A stretch of 64,000 nt of DNA from Geosiphon pyriformis uo1. Lineage: Eukaryota; Fungi; Glomeromycota. The translations under genes and the position numbers were made by a program. Of this stretch, positions 52,530-64,000 are shown one piece after another. The DNA lies in contig JAAOMT010000512.1 of the NCBI GenBank assembly GCA_016748015.1, forward strand, positions 1,684,893-1,748,892, read 5' to 3'. Each line of letters begins with the position of its first letter. Positions within the stretch are counted from its first letter, which is position 1. The notes beneath the pieces are model-generated. The model saw nothing but the letters and a program-made list of their open reading frames with translations. It was not told where the DNA came from and did not search any database.

Positions 52530-55500
52530 CTGCTATATATACAGAAGCTATAGTAGAAGAAAAACCCATTCGCTTAATCTTAGATAGTGGATCAGCTGGA
52601 AGTATCATTACTTACCAGCTGATGGAACAACTCAAATGAAACGTAGACAGACCAGCTCAAACAATTATTGTCACAGCTAATGGTATGAAAAAAACTTCAG
52701 TAGGAGAAATTGATGATTTCTTCTTTACAATTGATAGAATCACCATTCCAGTTAAAGTTCTTGTTATGGATGCACTCCAATACCAAGCTCTAGTCAGAAA
52801 TGATTGGCTTCTCAAGGCCAATGCAAACCTGAACTGAAAAACTCAAGAACTTAAAATCTTATACTAAAGACAATATACCATAGTACTTGCAATCTGTGGT
52901 ACTTTTAACAAACAATCAGAAAAAGTTCTAGTATTTGAATTTGAAAAAGAGAAGGAAATGCCACTCACTGAAACCTACATGGCTCTTGGATCACCATTCA
53001 ATTGGGCTGAGGAAACAAAACAAGAGATTTTTGAAGAATCAAGAAGATAGAAGAAAGTTAGATATTCCACACCAGAACCATGAAAAGAACCACCATATAT
53101 TCCACTAAAATGCAAAGATTGCAAAAAGAAGCTTTCATCTATGGGAGTCTGTATTTCTCCAGAAGAGAAATACAAAATTCGCACTTGTTACTTTTGCAAA
53201 GCATGCCATAGAGAACGATTTGGATCTCCAAAAAGAAGTGAAAAATGGGACAAAACTCTTTGTCTTACTTGTGGAGAAAGACTACCAGAAGAATGCAATT
53301 GGATTGATGTAGCAATGAGAGAAGGAGTATGTGGTCAGACCTGTCAATATGCTCTATCAATTTCGGAAAAAGTCAGAAGAGGAACACCATTTGATGCAGC
53401 ATACAACAGTGCTTTCAATAAACTTTACCACTACCCTCATGATACTGAAATGATTTTTGACTTAGCAATAGCATTGATCAATAGAACCACCCAAGAAGAT
53501 GTTCACCAAATGAAAGAAGTTGAATACATTGAGTATACCATGGAATTAGCTGGATTTGATTATAAAGATAAAGTAAAAATCTACTACCAAATTGCAAACC
53601 ATACATATCCGACCAAAGAAGCTCAAATTCAATGATTAGAGCAAATGAACATTTAATTGTGTGAAGAATGTGTTATGTCTTGTGATGACCAATGGTGTTT
53701 AGAATGTTATGCTCTTAGCATTCCTCCGCCAGATGAGAATAATGAAAATGAAATCGAATTTGGAGTATCTGAACTAGTAGAAAAACTACCAACCACTCCC
53801 ATTTATCTTCTTGAAAAGCAACCACCTCTACAACTTAAATATTTTGACAACCATGGCCAAGGAATCAGACCAGAAAAAGCACACGAAATTGATGCTGGAT
53901 ATGTCCTAAGATACCCAGAAAAAGATACTTTGGTTCTTTAACCAAAGTCTTTGACAAAAATCAATCTCAAAATTGCTCTTGAAATTCTACCAGGAGCAAT
54001 GATTCAAATTGCCTTCAGATCATCATTGGCAAGCAAAAGAATCAATATTAGAGAAGGAGTTATAGATGCAGGATACACTAGAGACATTACCATTATGTTA
54101 CAGAATGAGACAGACAAACCATTCAAAATTGAACATGCTGAAAAAATTGCTTAAGCAATTTACTTACTCTTAATCAACATTTCGGGTTTACAATCAGTAA
54201 ACAACAAAGAACAATTGGAAAAAAGTGAAAAAGAAACTCAAGGTTTTGGTTCAACTAGATGATTTACAGTTCCAGTAAACATAGCTCTTAATACACAAAA
54301 TGAATCTTACCAGATTCTTCAACTTCCCCAGCCAATTACCATTTCACCTTTTGGAGAACATCACGAAATTTACACTTGCTCAAAACCCACCACTACACAA
54401 CAAATCTTTGAATCCAATGAACAAATCTGTTTGAAGCATGAAATCTTAATTCCAAATGTTTATATTCCCAAGAGAATAAAAAAATTTCGAGTTACATTCT
54501 ACAACCCCAATAATTACCCTATTGTCTTATTAAACAAACTAGAGATTGGAATCATACACAGCAATATTTTTCAAGATGAAAACCCTCAAATTGTTTCTAA
54601 TTTTATCGAAATTGTAAGGCACACTCTACTTCCAAATTCAAATATTATTCCCACTACTAAAAACTACCACTTTTTGAAAGAAAAACTCTCTCAAATCAAC
54701 ATGAGTCCCTTAGAACCTCAACAACAAAGACAATTGAAACAATTGATAGCTGAATTTGCAGATACATTTGCAAAAGACAACAATGACCTGGAAAAAACGG
54801 ATATTGTTCAACATTAGATCCTTACAGAAAATACTCCCCCAAAACGTCAGCAAGCTTACAGAGTGCCACCTGCCAGCCACCAATTCATCAGAAAAGAAGT
54901 CCAGAGAATGCTTAATAACGGATTGATTCAACCATCAAGAAGTTCTTGGGCCTTACCAGTAGTCCTTGTCAAAAAGAAAAATGGAAAAATCAGATTTTGT
55001 GTTAACTATTGCCAATTGAACAGTGTAATAATTGGAGATGCCTACCCTCTTCCAAGAATTGATGACATGCTAGATGCTCTAGGAAAAGCCAAGATTTTCT
55101 CAACTTTAGACTTGGAAAGTGGATACTGGCAAGTCGAAATGAACCCAAAAAACCAACTCAAAACAGCATTCACCACCCAAGAAGGAAACTATGAGTTCAA
55201 TATTATGCCTTTTGGACTCTGCAATGCACCAGCAACATTCCAATGACTCATGGATGTTGTATATAAAAAACTCTTATGGCAATCAGTAGTTGTTTACCTT
55301 GATGACACTGATATGTACTTACCAAGCTTTGAAGCCCATCTTATTCACCTGCGAGAAGTTTTTCAACGATTATGGAAAGCAGGATTAAAATTAAACATTG
55401 AGAAATGTCACTTTGGAAAAACAAGCTTAATCTTTCTTGAACACATTGTAAGCAAAGATGGAGTCAAACCAAACCCTGGAACATTTAGTGCTGTCAAAAA

Positions 55501-57532
55501 CTTCCAAACTCCCAAAAATACTACAGAGCTATGAAAATTTGTAGGATTAGCCTCCTACTATCAGAAATTCATCAAAGGATTCTCAGAAATTGCCAAACCA
55601 CTCAATTATCTTACCAACAAAAATGTGTCATACAAATGGACAGAAGAACAACAGAAAGCTTTTGAAACTCTCAAAACAAGATTGACAACAGTCCCAGTTC
55701 TTGCATACTCAAACTTCAACAAACAATTTCAACTAGCCACTGATGCTTCACACATAGCATTCAGTGCCACCTTATCACAATTGGATGAAAATGGGCAAGA
55801 ACAAGTCATTGCCTATGCTAGTAAAACACTCAAACCAACAGAACTAAAATACAGTTCAACTAAATTAGAAGCTGCCACAATTATTTGGGCTCTTAAACAT
55901 TTTCAACAATATTTGAAGAATGAAAAAGAATTTGACATAATAACAAACAACATTGGCCTCAAATGGCTCAATAAAAAGAAAACTGAACAAAGTGCCAAAC
56001 AGTCTCAATGGAATGACTTTCTAGCAGACTACAAATATATTATACATCACAAATCAAGAAAACTACATACCAATATTGATAGTCTCTCAAGAATGAGACA
56101 AGATTAATACCAACAACAAATTCTATCACAATTTATCAATCTACCAACAAAATAACCAAACAAGAATAGATCCCAGAAATTACAGCAATCTTAAAAATTA
56201 TTTGGAGACTCTTACCATGCCAGAAAACTGGTCTCCAAGTAAAAAACATCGTTTACAACACTAATTAAAACAATATTTCATACACCAGAACAAAATCTAT
56301 TATAAAAATCACAGAAATCCAAACCAACCACTCAGATTAGTACAAGAGAATGAAAAAGAAACAATTTTATACAACATGCACACAGATCTGTCTTCAGCAC
56401 ACTTGGGAAGAGATGGAACAATTCAAAGAACCCTTGAATATTATTTTTGGCCTCACATGCAAAAAGACATTTGACAATATGTAGAATCTTGTGATAGTTG
56501 TTAAAGAAGAAGAGAAACTTGTCCCACAAAACTTTTAAATCCAATCAAAGTTGGACAATCTTTTGACAGAGTTGGAATTGATTTAGTCAGACCATTACCT
56601 ATCACAACCCAAGAAAATTGCTATATTGCAGTAGCAGTAGATTATCTTACCAAATGGTCAGAAGCTAGAACCATCCAAAGAACAGATGCAAAATCAGTAA
56701 CAAATTTCATCTATGAAGACATTATTTGTAGACATGGATGCCCAATTGAACTTTTATCTAATCAAGAAACACATTTTGTGAACAACTTGATACAAAAAAT
56801 TTGTGAATGGTTCAATGTCAAAAGACCTCTATCATCACATTATCACCCTCAAACAAATGGACTTGTAGAACGTTTTAACAGAACATTATGTGAATCTCTA
56901 GCCAAAGTTTCAACAAACTTTGAACAGGAATAGGATATCTTTATTCCATCAGTGTTACTAGTATACAGAACACTAAAACAAGATACTATAAAACACACAC
57001 CATTTGATCTTATTTATGGAAGGACAGCAATATTACCAATTAATTTCACAGTGGAAACATATCCAGTACAACCAATCAATGAAAAAAACTTTCAAAAAAC
57101 ACTCCAAAGAAGGGCCTACACTCTTCTTAGTACACTGGAAGAAAAAAGAAGAATAGCAGCAACTCATATTGAACATTCCCAAGCTCAACAAAAAGAAAGA
57201 CATGACAACAAATTACCACCTATTACCAACGAATTTAAAGTTGGAAATAAAGTTTTCTTACACAGAACTAAGGTGGAAAAACAATGGAGTGGAAAATTTG
57301 AAAACAAATAGGATGGACCATTTTATATTCACGAAATTCTAGACAATAAATCATACAAATTAAGACTTAATGATAAAATACTAACAAAAGTTGCACATGG
57401 AGACAGATTAAAACACTGTTATTTCAGAAACAATCCTGAAACATTAATTTCACAAATTGGTACACATTCCCCTTTAATTAATTCTGAAAATATTCCCCAA
57501 AATTTAAAACCAATAATTATAATAGAACAATA
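52530..57532 (+). pseudogene. Gypsy-2 pol: protease, Cys-rich insert (53100-53710), dUTPase (53830-54260), RT (54863-55534), RNase H (to 56107), integrase (56166-57532)
   Basis: LILDSGSAGSII; RSSLASK..GVIDAGY..KIA..QGFGST; YPLPRIDD, LDLESGYWQV, MPFGLCNAPATF, YLDD; LATDAS; HHCC, YHPQTNGLVERFNRTL, GPF. Confidence 0.93.
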
Positions 57533-57692
57533 ACCAAACTTAAACACTTAAATTTTACAATAATTCTTTAATAAAAACACAAAGACAAAAATAGTAAATA
57601 ATTACAAAACACCCAAACCCAAAAACAAATAAAAACCCCATATTCAAAAATAATTTTCTTTATTCTCTCTTTTCATAATTAGTCAATTTTAT

Positions 57693-58345
57693 CATGATTA
57701 TTCCCTGAAATATTCAACAAATATCTCAAAAGTTAATGTTAGCCTTGAAAACACTTTCTGACTTATCCATAATAATTAATGGAAGTCAAATTAATTACAT
57801 TCAGAAAAAAACCACAGTCCCATCACCTCTATAGAAAAAAAACAAGAAGTCACTCTGAAAATAGGTTACCAAAACTTTTGAAGCAAGCACTAGAAGAAAA
57901 TCTTTTAATTGTCCCTATTGACATTCCACCAAATGCTACAATGCAACAAAAACTTCTACTACTTTTCAATAAACAGAACAATGGATACACCCCTATCTAT
58001 AAATACTTTCACATTGAAAAGACATTTTATGAACGAAAACTGGAACTTGAAGCAACAAATCTCACTCCTGAAACTATACAAAAACAAATCCACAATGAAT
58101 TCAAAACAGCAGCTGAACCAACAAACACTCGCTACAAACTTAGAGCAGCTTTTAGACTCTATAATTTGTTTAATACTTGTGAAAATGTTCTACAAAATCC
58201 AATACTGTAACCAATGAAAGTCCAATACATTGACAAACTTACAGAACTGAAATTTCAACAATTTTCAGACCAGATTACTTCAATTATTTTGGATCACTAT
58301 CTCAATATTACAGATAGTGCTTGGACTTCAACAGAGCTCAGTCTT
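57693..58345 (+). pseudogene. Gypsy-2 accessory ORF3 of unknown function between integrase and PPT
   Basis: ATG 57693; includes ORF 57779-58210 (YKYFHIEKTF, YKLRAAFRLYNLF); homologous pattern in Gypsy-1. Confidence 0.68.
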
Positions 58346-58358
58346 GAGGAGGAGATTA

Positions 58359-59368
58359 TGTTACCAGTAGAATTTTAGCTAGTAATTAGCATGAAATTAC
58401 CCTTATAATCTCTATAATTAATTAGTATATTAATATCATTTCAAATTATCATTTATTATTTAATCAATTATCACATATTACGATTCAATTAAAATAATCT
58501 AATTAGTATAACAGAAAGTAGGATGATCAAATTACACAATATTCTGAACTTTGTAACATTCTAAAATTCGCCGAAATTTACAGAAATTTGCCAAAATTTA
58601 TAAGAAATTCGCCGAAATTTACAGAAATTCGCCGAAATTATGAATATTTCATCCAAATTAATCAATAGTTTGGCGAAATAACTTGTAGTTTATTAAAATG
58701 TATCTTTAGTTTGCCGAAATTTGAACAAAGAGAAAAAGTGCAAGTTTATAGACTAGTACTACAACAAGTTATATAAAAGAAGAGCTTTTCTCTTCAGGAA
58801 AATGTATCTTACTTTAGATTTATTACTTAAAACCATTCCTACACACACAAAAAGAAATAAATATTAAATAATTCGAAAAACCAAATTTTTTAATTATTGC
58901 ACTTGGAAAATCCCCAAAACCCAACTAACATTTTGAAATTGATTAGCTACTAATTTCAGTAAACTGTTAGTGACTCCAGGCCTGGATAGAAAACGTTTCC
59001 TTTGACAAAATTCAATTTCTTTTACATTTCTTTTATTTTCTTTTATTTTCTTACTGTAATCATTAGAGTAGCCTACAGATAAGATTTCTGTAGAAGGGTT
59101 GACTTTCACAGCAAAGTAACTACACATTTTAGTAAGCTTCCAGATGAGCAATTCCTGAAAAAGAGTTGGCATTTACTACAACATAACTATACAAAGTAAC
59201 TGGCATGGAATTGGCTATTTCACTTATAAGCTCAGCAGTTCAAATTATAGGAGATAATTTGAAGATAAATTCAGTTATTGGAGGTTCAACTACTTTTAGA
59301 AAACATGAATTTGCAACCAACAGACATTTACAATATTCAAGAAAAGAGACCAAAAATTTCCGGTAATA
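58359..59368 (+). repeat. 3' LTR of Gypsy-2
   Basis: Direct repeat of 49470-50437, with two extra units of a roughly 20-bp repeat (AAATTCGCCGAAATTTACAG) near 58563-58640. Confidence 0.95.
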
Positions 59369-59970
59369 GCATTAAGTTAACAACCATTAGACATAGAAAT
59401 TATTATTAACAACCAAACAATTTGCTATCAAAACACCAAAAGAAAGACAAAGAATACACCATATCAACGAGTACCAAAGAGTGATAAAAACTGGTCAAAT
59501 AACATAATAGAAAAAGTAAAGAACACTTTTGAGAAAATACCTATTATGGCACCAACAAAAGAACTTACAAAAGAGAATTGAAAGCAATGGACAGAACAAC
59601 TTCCAATATCATACTGTTACTACCAGCTAGGTCGAAAGTTGAATATTCAGGAGTTGTATATTGACAAATCCAAGAGAATATTTAACCAAAACATAATACA
59701 GCAAATTGAAGAATTTATTAGAAAAAAGACAAACTCAATATTACATGTGAGAACAATTTATTGACTACACAACATATTTCAGAACTATTCAGAAATACTG
59801 TTACACTCTGACATAGAAATCATAACCATTAACCAATGGAGAAAAATGAACAATATACAAGTAGAAGACTGAAAAATAAAGTCAAACAAACAATACTAGA
59901 AAAAGAAGTATTAGAGCTAATTCAGAATAAAAATTTCAATGGAGCTCAATATTAAAAAAGAAGGAGATAA

Positions 59971-60865
59971 TATTACTCATTAAAAAAAACAAATATAGGG
60001 AAATAGTAGACCAATAAGCAAATAGTATGTAGCATGTAAACACATTGCTTAGCAATATAGAGCAATGACAGAAAACATGGCACATTGCTTAGCAATGTAG
60101 AGCAATATCAAAAAACACGGCACATTGCTTAGCAATATAAAGCAATATTAAAAAATTAGAGCACATTGCTTAGCAATATAAGCATTGCTCAAGAAATCAT
60201 AGCACATTACTCAGGAATATGATCTCATAGAACATCAATTATGTATATATAGTGGTAGTGTTAGAAGTAGAAAAGAACAGAATTCTTCCATTAGAAATCT
60301 TTCAGTTTAGATTTCATCTAAGCAACTTTCCATTCACAAATATTAATAAATAATTATTCACCATTTCAATCTACTCTTCACTATCAATGCTTCATGTTGA
60401 TAGTAAATAATACTTAATCATATTGGAACAATAGCTCTTGATCATGGCTATTGATGGATACTAACTTGCACATTGTCTTGGCTCATTTTTTATTTTCTTT
60501 TATTTTCTTGATTTTATTGTTGTATACTAACTGATTAGGGATTAAAAGTGCTGAGTAATTGACATTACGGATAGCCTGGTAAAAGACCCAGAAATAAGGG
60601 TAAAATTATATATATATTAACAGCTAGCTTACCAGAAAGGTACAACTGCCAGAATAAACCAGCCACCAAGCTGAAGACAGAAATTGGGAACACAACTCAC
60701 CAACTAACTACATTATTATTAAATCTTTGTCCATTATACAAAGAACTCAACTTTAAAATCTTCAGAAATAACCAATGTACCAGTATTACTAGCATTATTA
60801 AGATATTGAGCACCAAGTTATGGATTTGTTATTTGATTTGAGACCCCAAATAATCATTTGTAACA
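59971..60865 (+). repeat. 3' LTR of Gypsy-1
   Basis: Direct repeat of 39865-40784; the 5' TG has decayed to TA. Confidence 0.95.
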
Positions 60866-61959
60866 ATGCCCAGATATTGTGATCTCTTACAGCCATAGCC
60901 ACATACACCAAATCTTTTTCAATCAAGAAGAACTATTTAGTAGCCAACTGTTTAGTCTAACCCAATTCAGTAAATTCTACCACAGCTTTTTGTCACATTC
61001 CAATTAATTGAATTTTAATTGACTTAATTTTACCAAAATTGGATACTACAACGACAATCATTTCTTTTGGCATGTTCATGGGAATTTCTTTAATGACCAT
61101 AATCTGATCTGAATACATTCCTTGTTTCTTAATATTGATGTTTGCAATAATCTTATTCTTTTTGACCAATAAAATGGCTTTTTCCATGCTGATTTCTGAA
61201 GTGAAGGTAGATTTGATGATCCCTTCAAATTTTGAGGGGATAGTGACCCTCTCAAAACCATTGATAAAAAAAAATAATTTTCTAATAAACTAAGTTTTTG
61301 CCATCACTAATTTTTCTTTTATAGATAAGAGATTAATATCCAAAGCAAATAACTTCTTAATCAATATCTCTACTGAAGTTTTGACAATCTTTAAGTTAAT
61401 CTACTTCTTGTCTAGAAAGATAAGCAAGCAAAGAGGAAGAACAACTTCATTATTATCTATATTAAAATTAGGAGAGCCAAAAAAAGAACTAAAAACAGCA
61501 TTAGTATTAATATGCTTTGTCTTGAATGTAGTAGCAGCTAAGCCCAGAAAAGATCCACTATTTATATGATACATGCTAACATTTTTATTATTATTAGATA
61601 GACTCTCCACATCAGAATATATGTTATTACCAGACTCAGATTTACTCAAGAAGATATCCTTCTTATCATCAAAGTGTTTGATATTTCCAAAAATAATTTT
61701 CTTCTTCTGAGAAAAAGAACCATTAGCAAGACCATGAAAAGCACTCTTGGGAGCCTTTTTTTAGACATGCTGTTACTTGTAGTAGTCTCCAAATCCACAA
61801 AAAATAGATTATTAGGTAAAGAAATAATGATATAAACTAACAAGAAAAAATTAAAAAACTTCTTTTCAAAAAATACACTTATTGAGGATTTTTGGAGATA
61901 AGAGAAAAAGAAGTTTTTTTGTTAATATTAATACCTTAAAAACTGTTAAATAGCTAATT

Positions 61960-62190
61960 AGATTAATTAGTAATAGTATTATATTATTTGAAATTATTCA
62001 AAGAATGTCTTTTTTAAATAAGTTTTTTTAAGATATTAATATAGTATAGTCTGAACTAATTTAAGTAGTTGGTTATATGTAAAAAGCACATAAACTATAT
62101 TTAGCACTAGAATACTTAATTTGTTTCTAATTTCTAAATAATAGTTAGATCATACTCATTAAATATATAATAAATAAAAATAAAAAATAT
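61960..62190 (+). mobile_element. Short 5'-truncated, decayed LINE 3' end
   Basis: 62040-62165 aligns with the family 3' UTR (AAGTAGTTGGTTATATGTAAAAAG..TACTCATTAAA), followed by an A-rich tail. Confidence 0.6.
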
Positions 62191-62842
62191 CTTTTATTAA
62201 TTTTAATTAACAAAAAACAGATTAAATTTACAGTTTTACAAACTAGTAATATTATTATTTTTAATATTAAAATAATTTTTAATTTTAATTTAAAATATAT
62301 TAAAATAATTTTTTTAATTAAGTTAATCATTTAATAATTATTAATTTAATATCTATTTTAAATTTTTGTTTTTAATATCTAATTTATACATATTTTAAAT
62401 AATTTAAATAATTTAATTATTAAATACAATAATAATTTTATGTATATTAATATTTATTTTTAAACCAATATTTTTAAAAAAAACAATAATACTATATTTT
62501 ATAGTTAATATATTTAAATTTATTATTAAATTATTAGTAAATACTTTAATATTTAAATTAATAAAACTGTTTAAATATATATTAATTTTAAAAAACTTTT
62601 CAATATAATAAATATTATGGCTAATTAATTCAAAAATTTAATTTAAATTACAAAAATTCTTTATTTTTCAAAAAAAAAACCAAAAAAAAATTTAATTATT
62701 ATAATATTAAAAAAAATAATTTTTACTAATTAACTAATTTGCAAAAACAATTTTATATTTTTTAATTAAAGCAAAAAAAATTATAATACAGATTATTTAA
62801 AATATTTAATACAAAAACAAAACTCTTTGTCTTCTTAATTTT

Positions 62843-63566
62843 ATGACTATAACCAGAGCAAAGAGTAAAAAAGCTGCATCTAATATCTGTTCTGAGATAT
62901 CTAATAAAATTTCAACCAGAGGAGCTTTTTTTGTTGTAGAAGCAACTAAGCAGAATGTTTTAAAAGCCTTTTTTTTACTCAGTAATCGTAAAAAGCTGTT
63001 TTTGGTAGCTATTGAAGCAACTTTCTCATCTTTGGCTGGTTTTTTACCAGTTAAAGTTCCTTTAAAGAGACACACTTGGGTTAATCTCAGTGTTGTCTCT
63101 ACTTTTACTAAGAATCCAAAAGTGTTTAATAATAAACCAGTTAACAAACTGGTATTCCCTTTCATAGCTTCAATATCTGGTGCTTCTAATATCTCTTCAT
63201 CAAAAAAAATGGTCAAAAAGACCAAAAGTTCAAAAAAGTGGAGACAATTGCTTGCTTCTACTATTGTTATACCGAACCCCTTTGTGGTTCCCAATGAGAT
63301 TTTAGATGAAATCTCCATAGCATCATCCAGCACATTATTCAAGATGGGCCAAGATCAATCACTGGCTGTGTTGCCAAATGTGGTGTCTTCCAGTAGATCT
63401 TTGTCAGTTCTGGAAGCAAAACAATCTCCTCCTGTTGGGTCATCTGTTTTTGAAAACTGGGCTGATTAAATGGAAACTGAATCATCTCCTCTTCCAGTTT
63501 CTGGTATTATTTCTGATGATGCCTAGGAAACTATTTCTAGTTGTCAAAGATTTGCTGAGTGGGTGG
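62843..63566 (+). pseudogene. ORF1 N-terminus of the second LINE-like family, interrupted by an LTR
   Basis: 208-aa ORF collinear with 26992-27710; homology stops abruptly at TGTTA 63567. Confidence 0.72.
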
Positions 63567-64000
63567 TGTTATAGATAATTCTTTGGAATGTCGAGTGAAT
63601 AACAAACCCGTAACTTAGTGTGCAAAGCAATTGATGATGATGATAATCTGAAGGTCTTTTATCTGAAAGTTTTCCAATTGAGTTCTTTGTATAATGGACA
63701 GAGATTCAATGGTAACAGTTTATCAGTAGTTTCTTGAAACCATAGTTTTGTCAATTGCTTGCTCAGCTTGATGGTTGATAATTCTTCTGGTATAATATCC
63801 TCTGTAAGTGTATACCAATGCTGTTTTCTGACATCAGTTCTTCCATAAGTCCTCTAAGAGTAAGTATTGTTTAAGCAAGTTTATTCTTTCATAAGTCCTC
63901 CAAGAGTAAGTATTGTTTAAGCAAGTTTATTCCTCCATAAGTCCTCCAAGAGTAAGTATTTTTTAAGTAAGTTTTATTCCTCCATAAGTTCTCCAAGAGT
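63567..64000 (-). mobile_element. Partial LTR related to the Gypsy-1 / virus-carrier LTR 3' end, truncated by the window
   Basis: TGTTATAGATAATT..AATAACAAACCCGTAACTTAGTG..TTTGTATAATGGACAGAGATTCAA parallels 30030-30175. Confidence 0.75.
63840..64000. repeat. 46-bp tandem repeat, at least 3.5 copies
   Basis: CATAAG anchors at 63844, 63890, 63936 and 63983. Confidence 0.92.

Larger units (their letters stand above)
49470..59368 (+). mobile_element. Ty3/Gypsy element 2, full length, nested in Gypsy-1
   Basis: LTRs 49470-50437 and 58359-59368 (highly similar); TSD GCAT (49466-49469 / 59369-59372); PBS TGGTGCTCTCC at 50440; PPT GAGGAGGAGA near 58346. Confidence 0.95.
49418..59955 (+). pseudogene. 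Gypsy-1 accessory ORF3 (49418-49469 joined to 59373-59955), split by Gypsy-2
   Basis: Begins MEIPDHIHTIAQQLF and resumes after the TSD; similar in position and sequence pattern to 57693-58340. Confidence 0.65.
39865..60865 (+). mobile_element. Ty3/Gypsy element 1 (gag-PR-Cys-rich-dUTPase-RT-RH-INT + ORF3), decayed, hosting two nested insertions
   Basis: LTRs 39865-40784 and 59971-60865; TSD ATGC (39861-39864 / 60866-60869); PBS at 40787; PPT 59954-59970; RT-RH-INT order. Confidence 0.95.
28985..61920 (-). mobile_element. LINE copy E, full length but split into three pieces (28985-30029, 35138-39864, 60866-61920) by two LTR-element insertions
   Basis: 3' UTR and CCHC at 29000-29750; RNase H continuous across 30029/35138; RT 36361-37227; APE 38220-38917; ORF1 continuous across 39864/60866; 5' hairpin 61853-61919. 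TSDs at both breaks. Confidence 0.92.

Noticed and set aside
57693-58345. env gene
   Set aside because: Too short, and it lacks a signal peptide, TM anchor or fusion motif.
63840-64000. Possible CRISPR or telomeric repeat
   Set aside because: Head-to-tail 46-bp units without unique spacers, inside an LTR-like sequence.

Overview
Eukaryotic, AT-rich window made almost entirely of nested retrotransposons. No host gene, RNA gene or CRISPR array is recognisable. The style of the elements suggests a Glomeromycotina fungus such as Geosiphon (inference only). Contents: (i) five copies of an RNase H-bearing LINE family (ORF1 RRM+CCHC; ORF2 APE-RT-RNaseH-CCHC), from nearly intact (about 9992-16875 +, 16945-23690 -) to heavily C>T/G>A-decayed, plus a 3' stub and two ORF1 copies of a divergent family; (ii) two nested dUTPase-bearing Ty3/Gypsy elements (39865-60865 and 49470-59368) with an extra ORF after integrase; (iii) three solo LTRs of another family and a partial LTR at the window end. 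The standout is 30030-35137 (-), a non-autonomous LTR element with TSD, PBS and PPT. Its gag-pol is replaced by about 2.6 kb of an RNA-virus replicase gene: a hydrophobic N-terminus plus an RdRp with motifs resembling fusariviruses (Durnavirales). Its 3' LTR carries an internal inversion of about 620 bp that turns the putative LTR promoter back into the viral gene. This gives convergent promoters and a long inverted repeat around an endogenous viral element, a candidate dsRNA/siRNA antiviral-memory locus. Identity and divergence figures are by-eye estimates.
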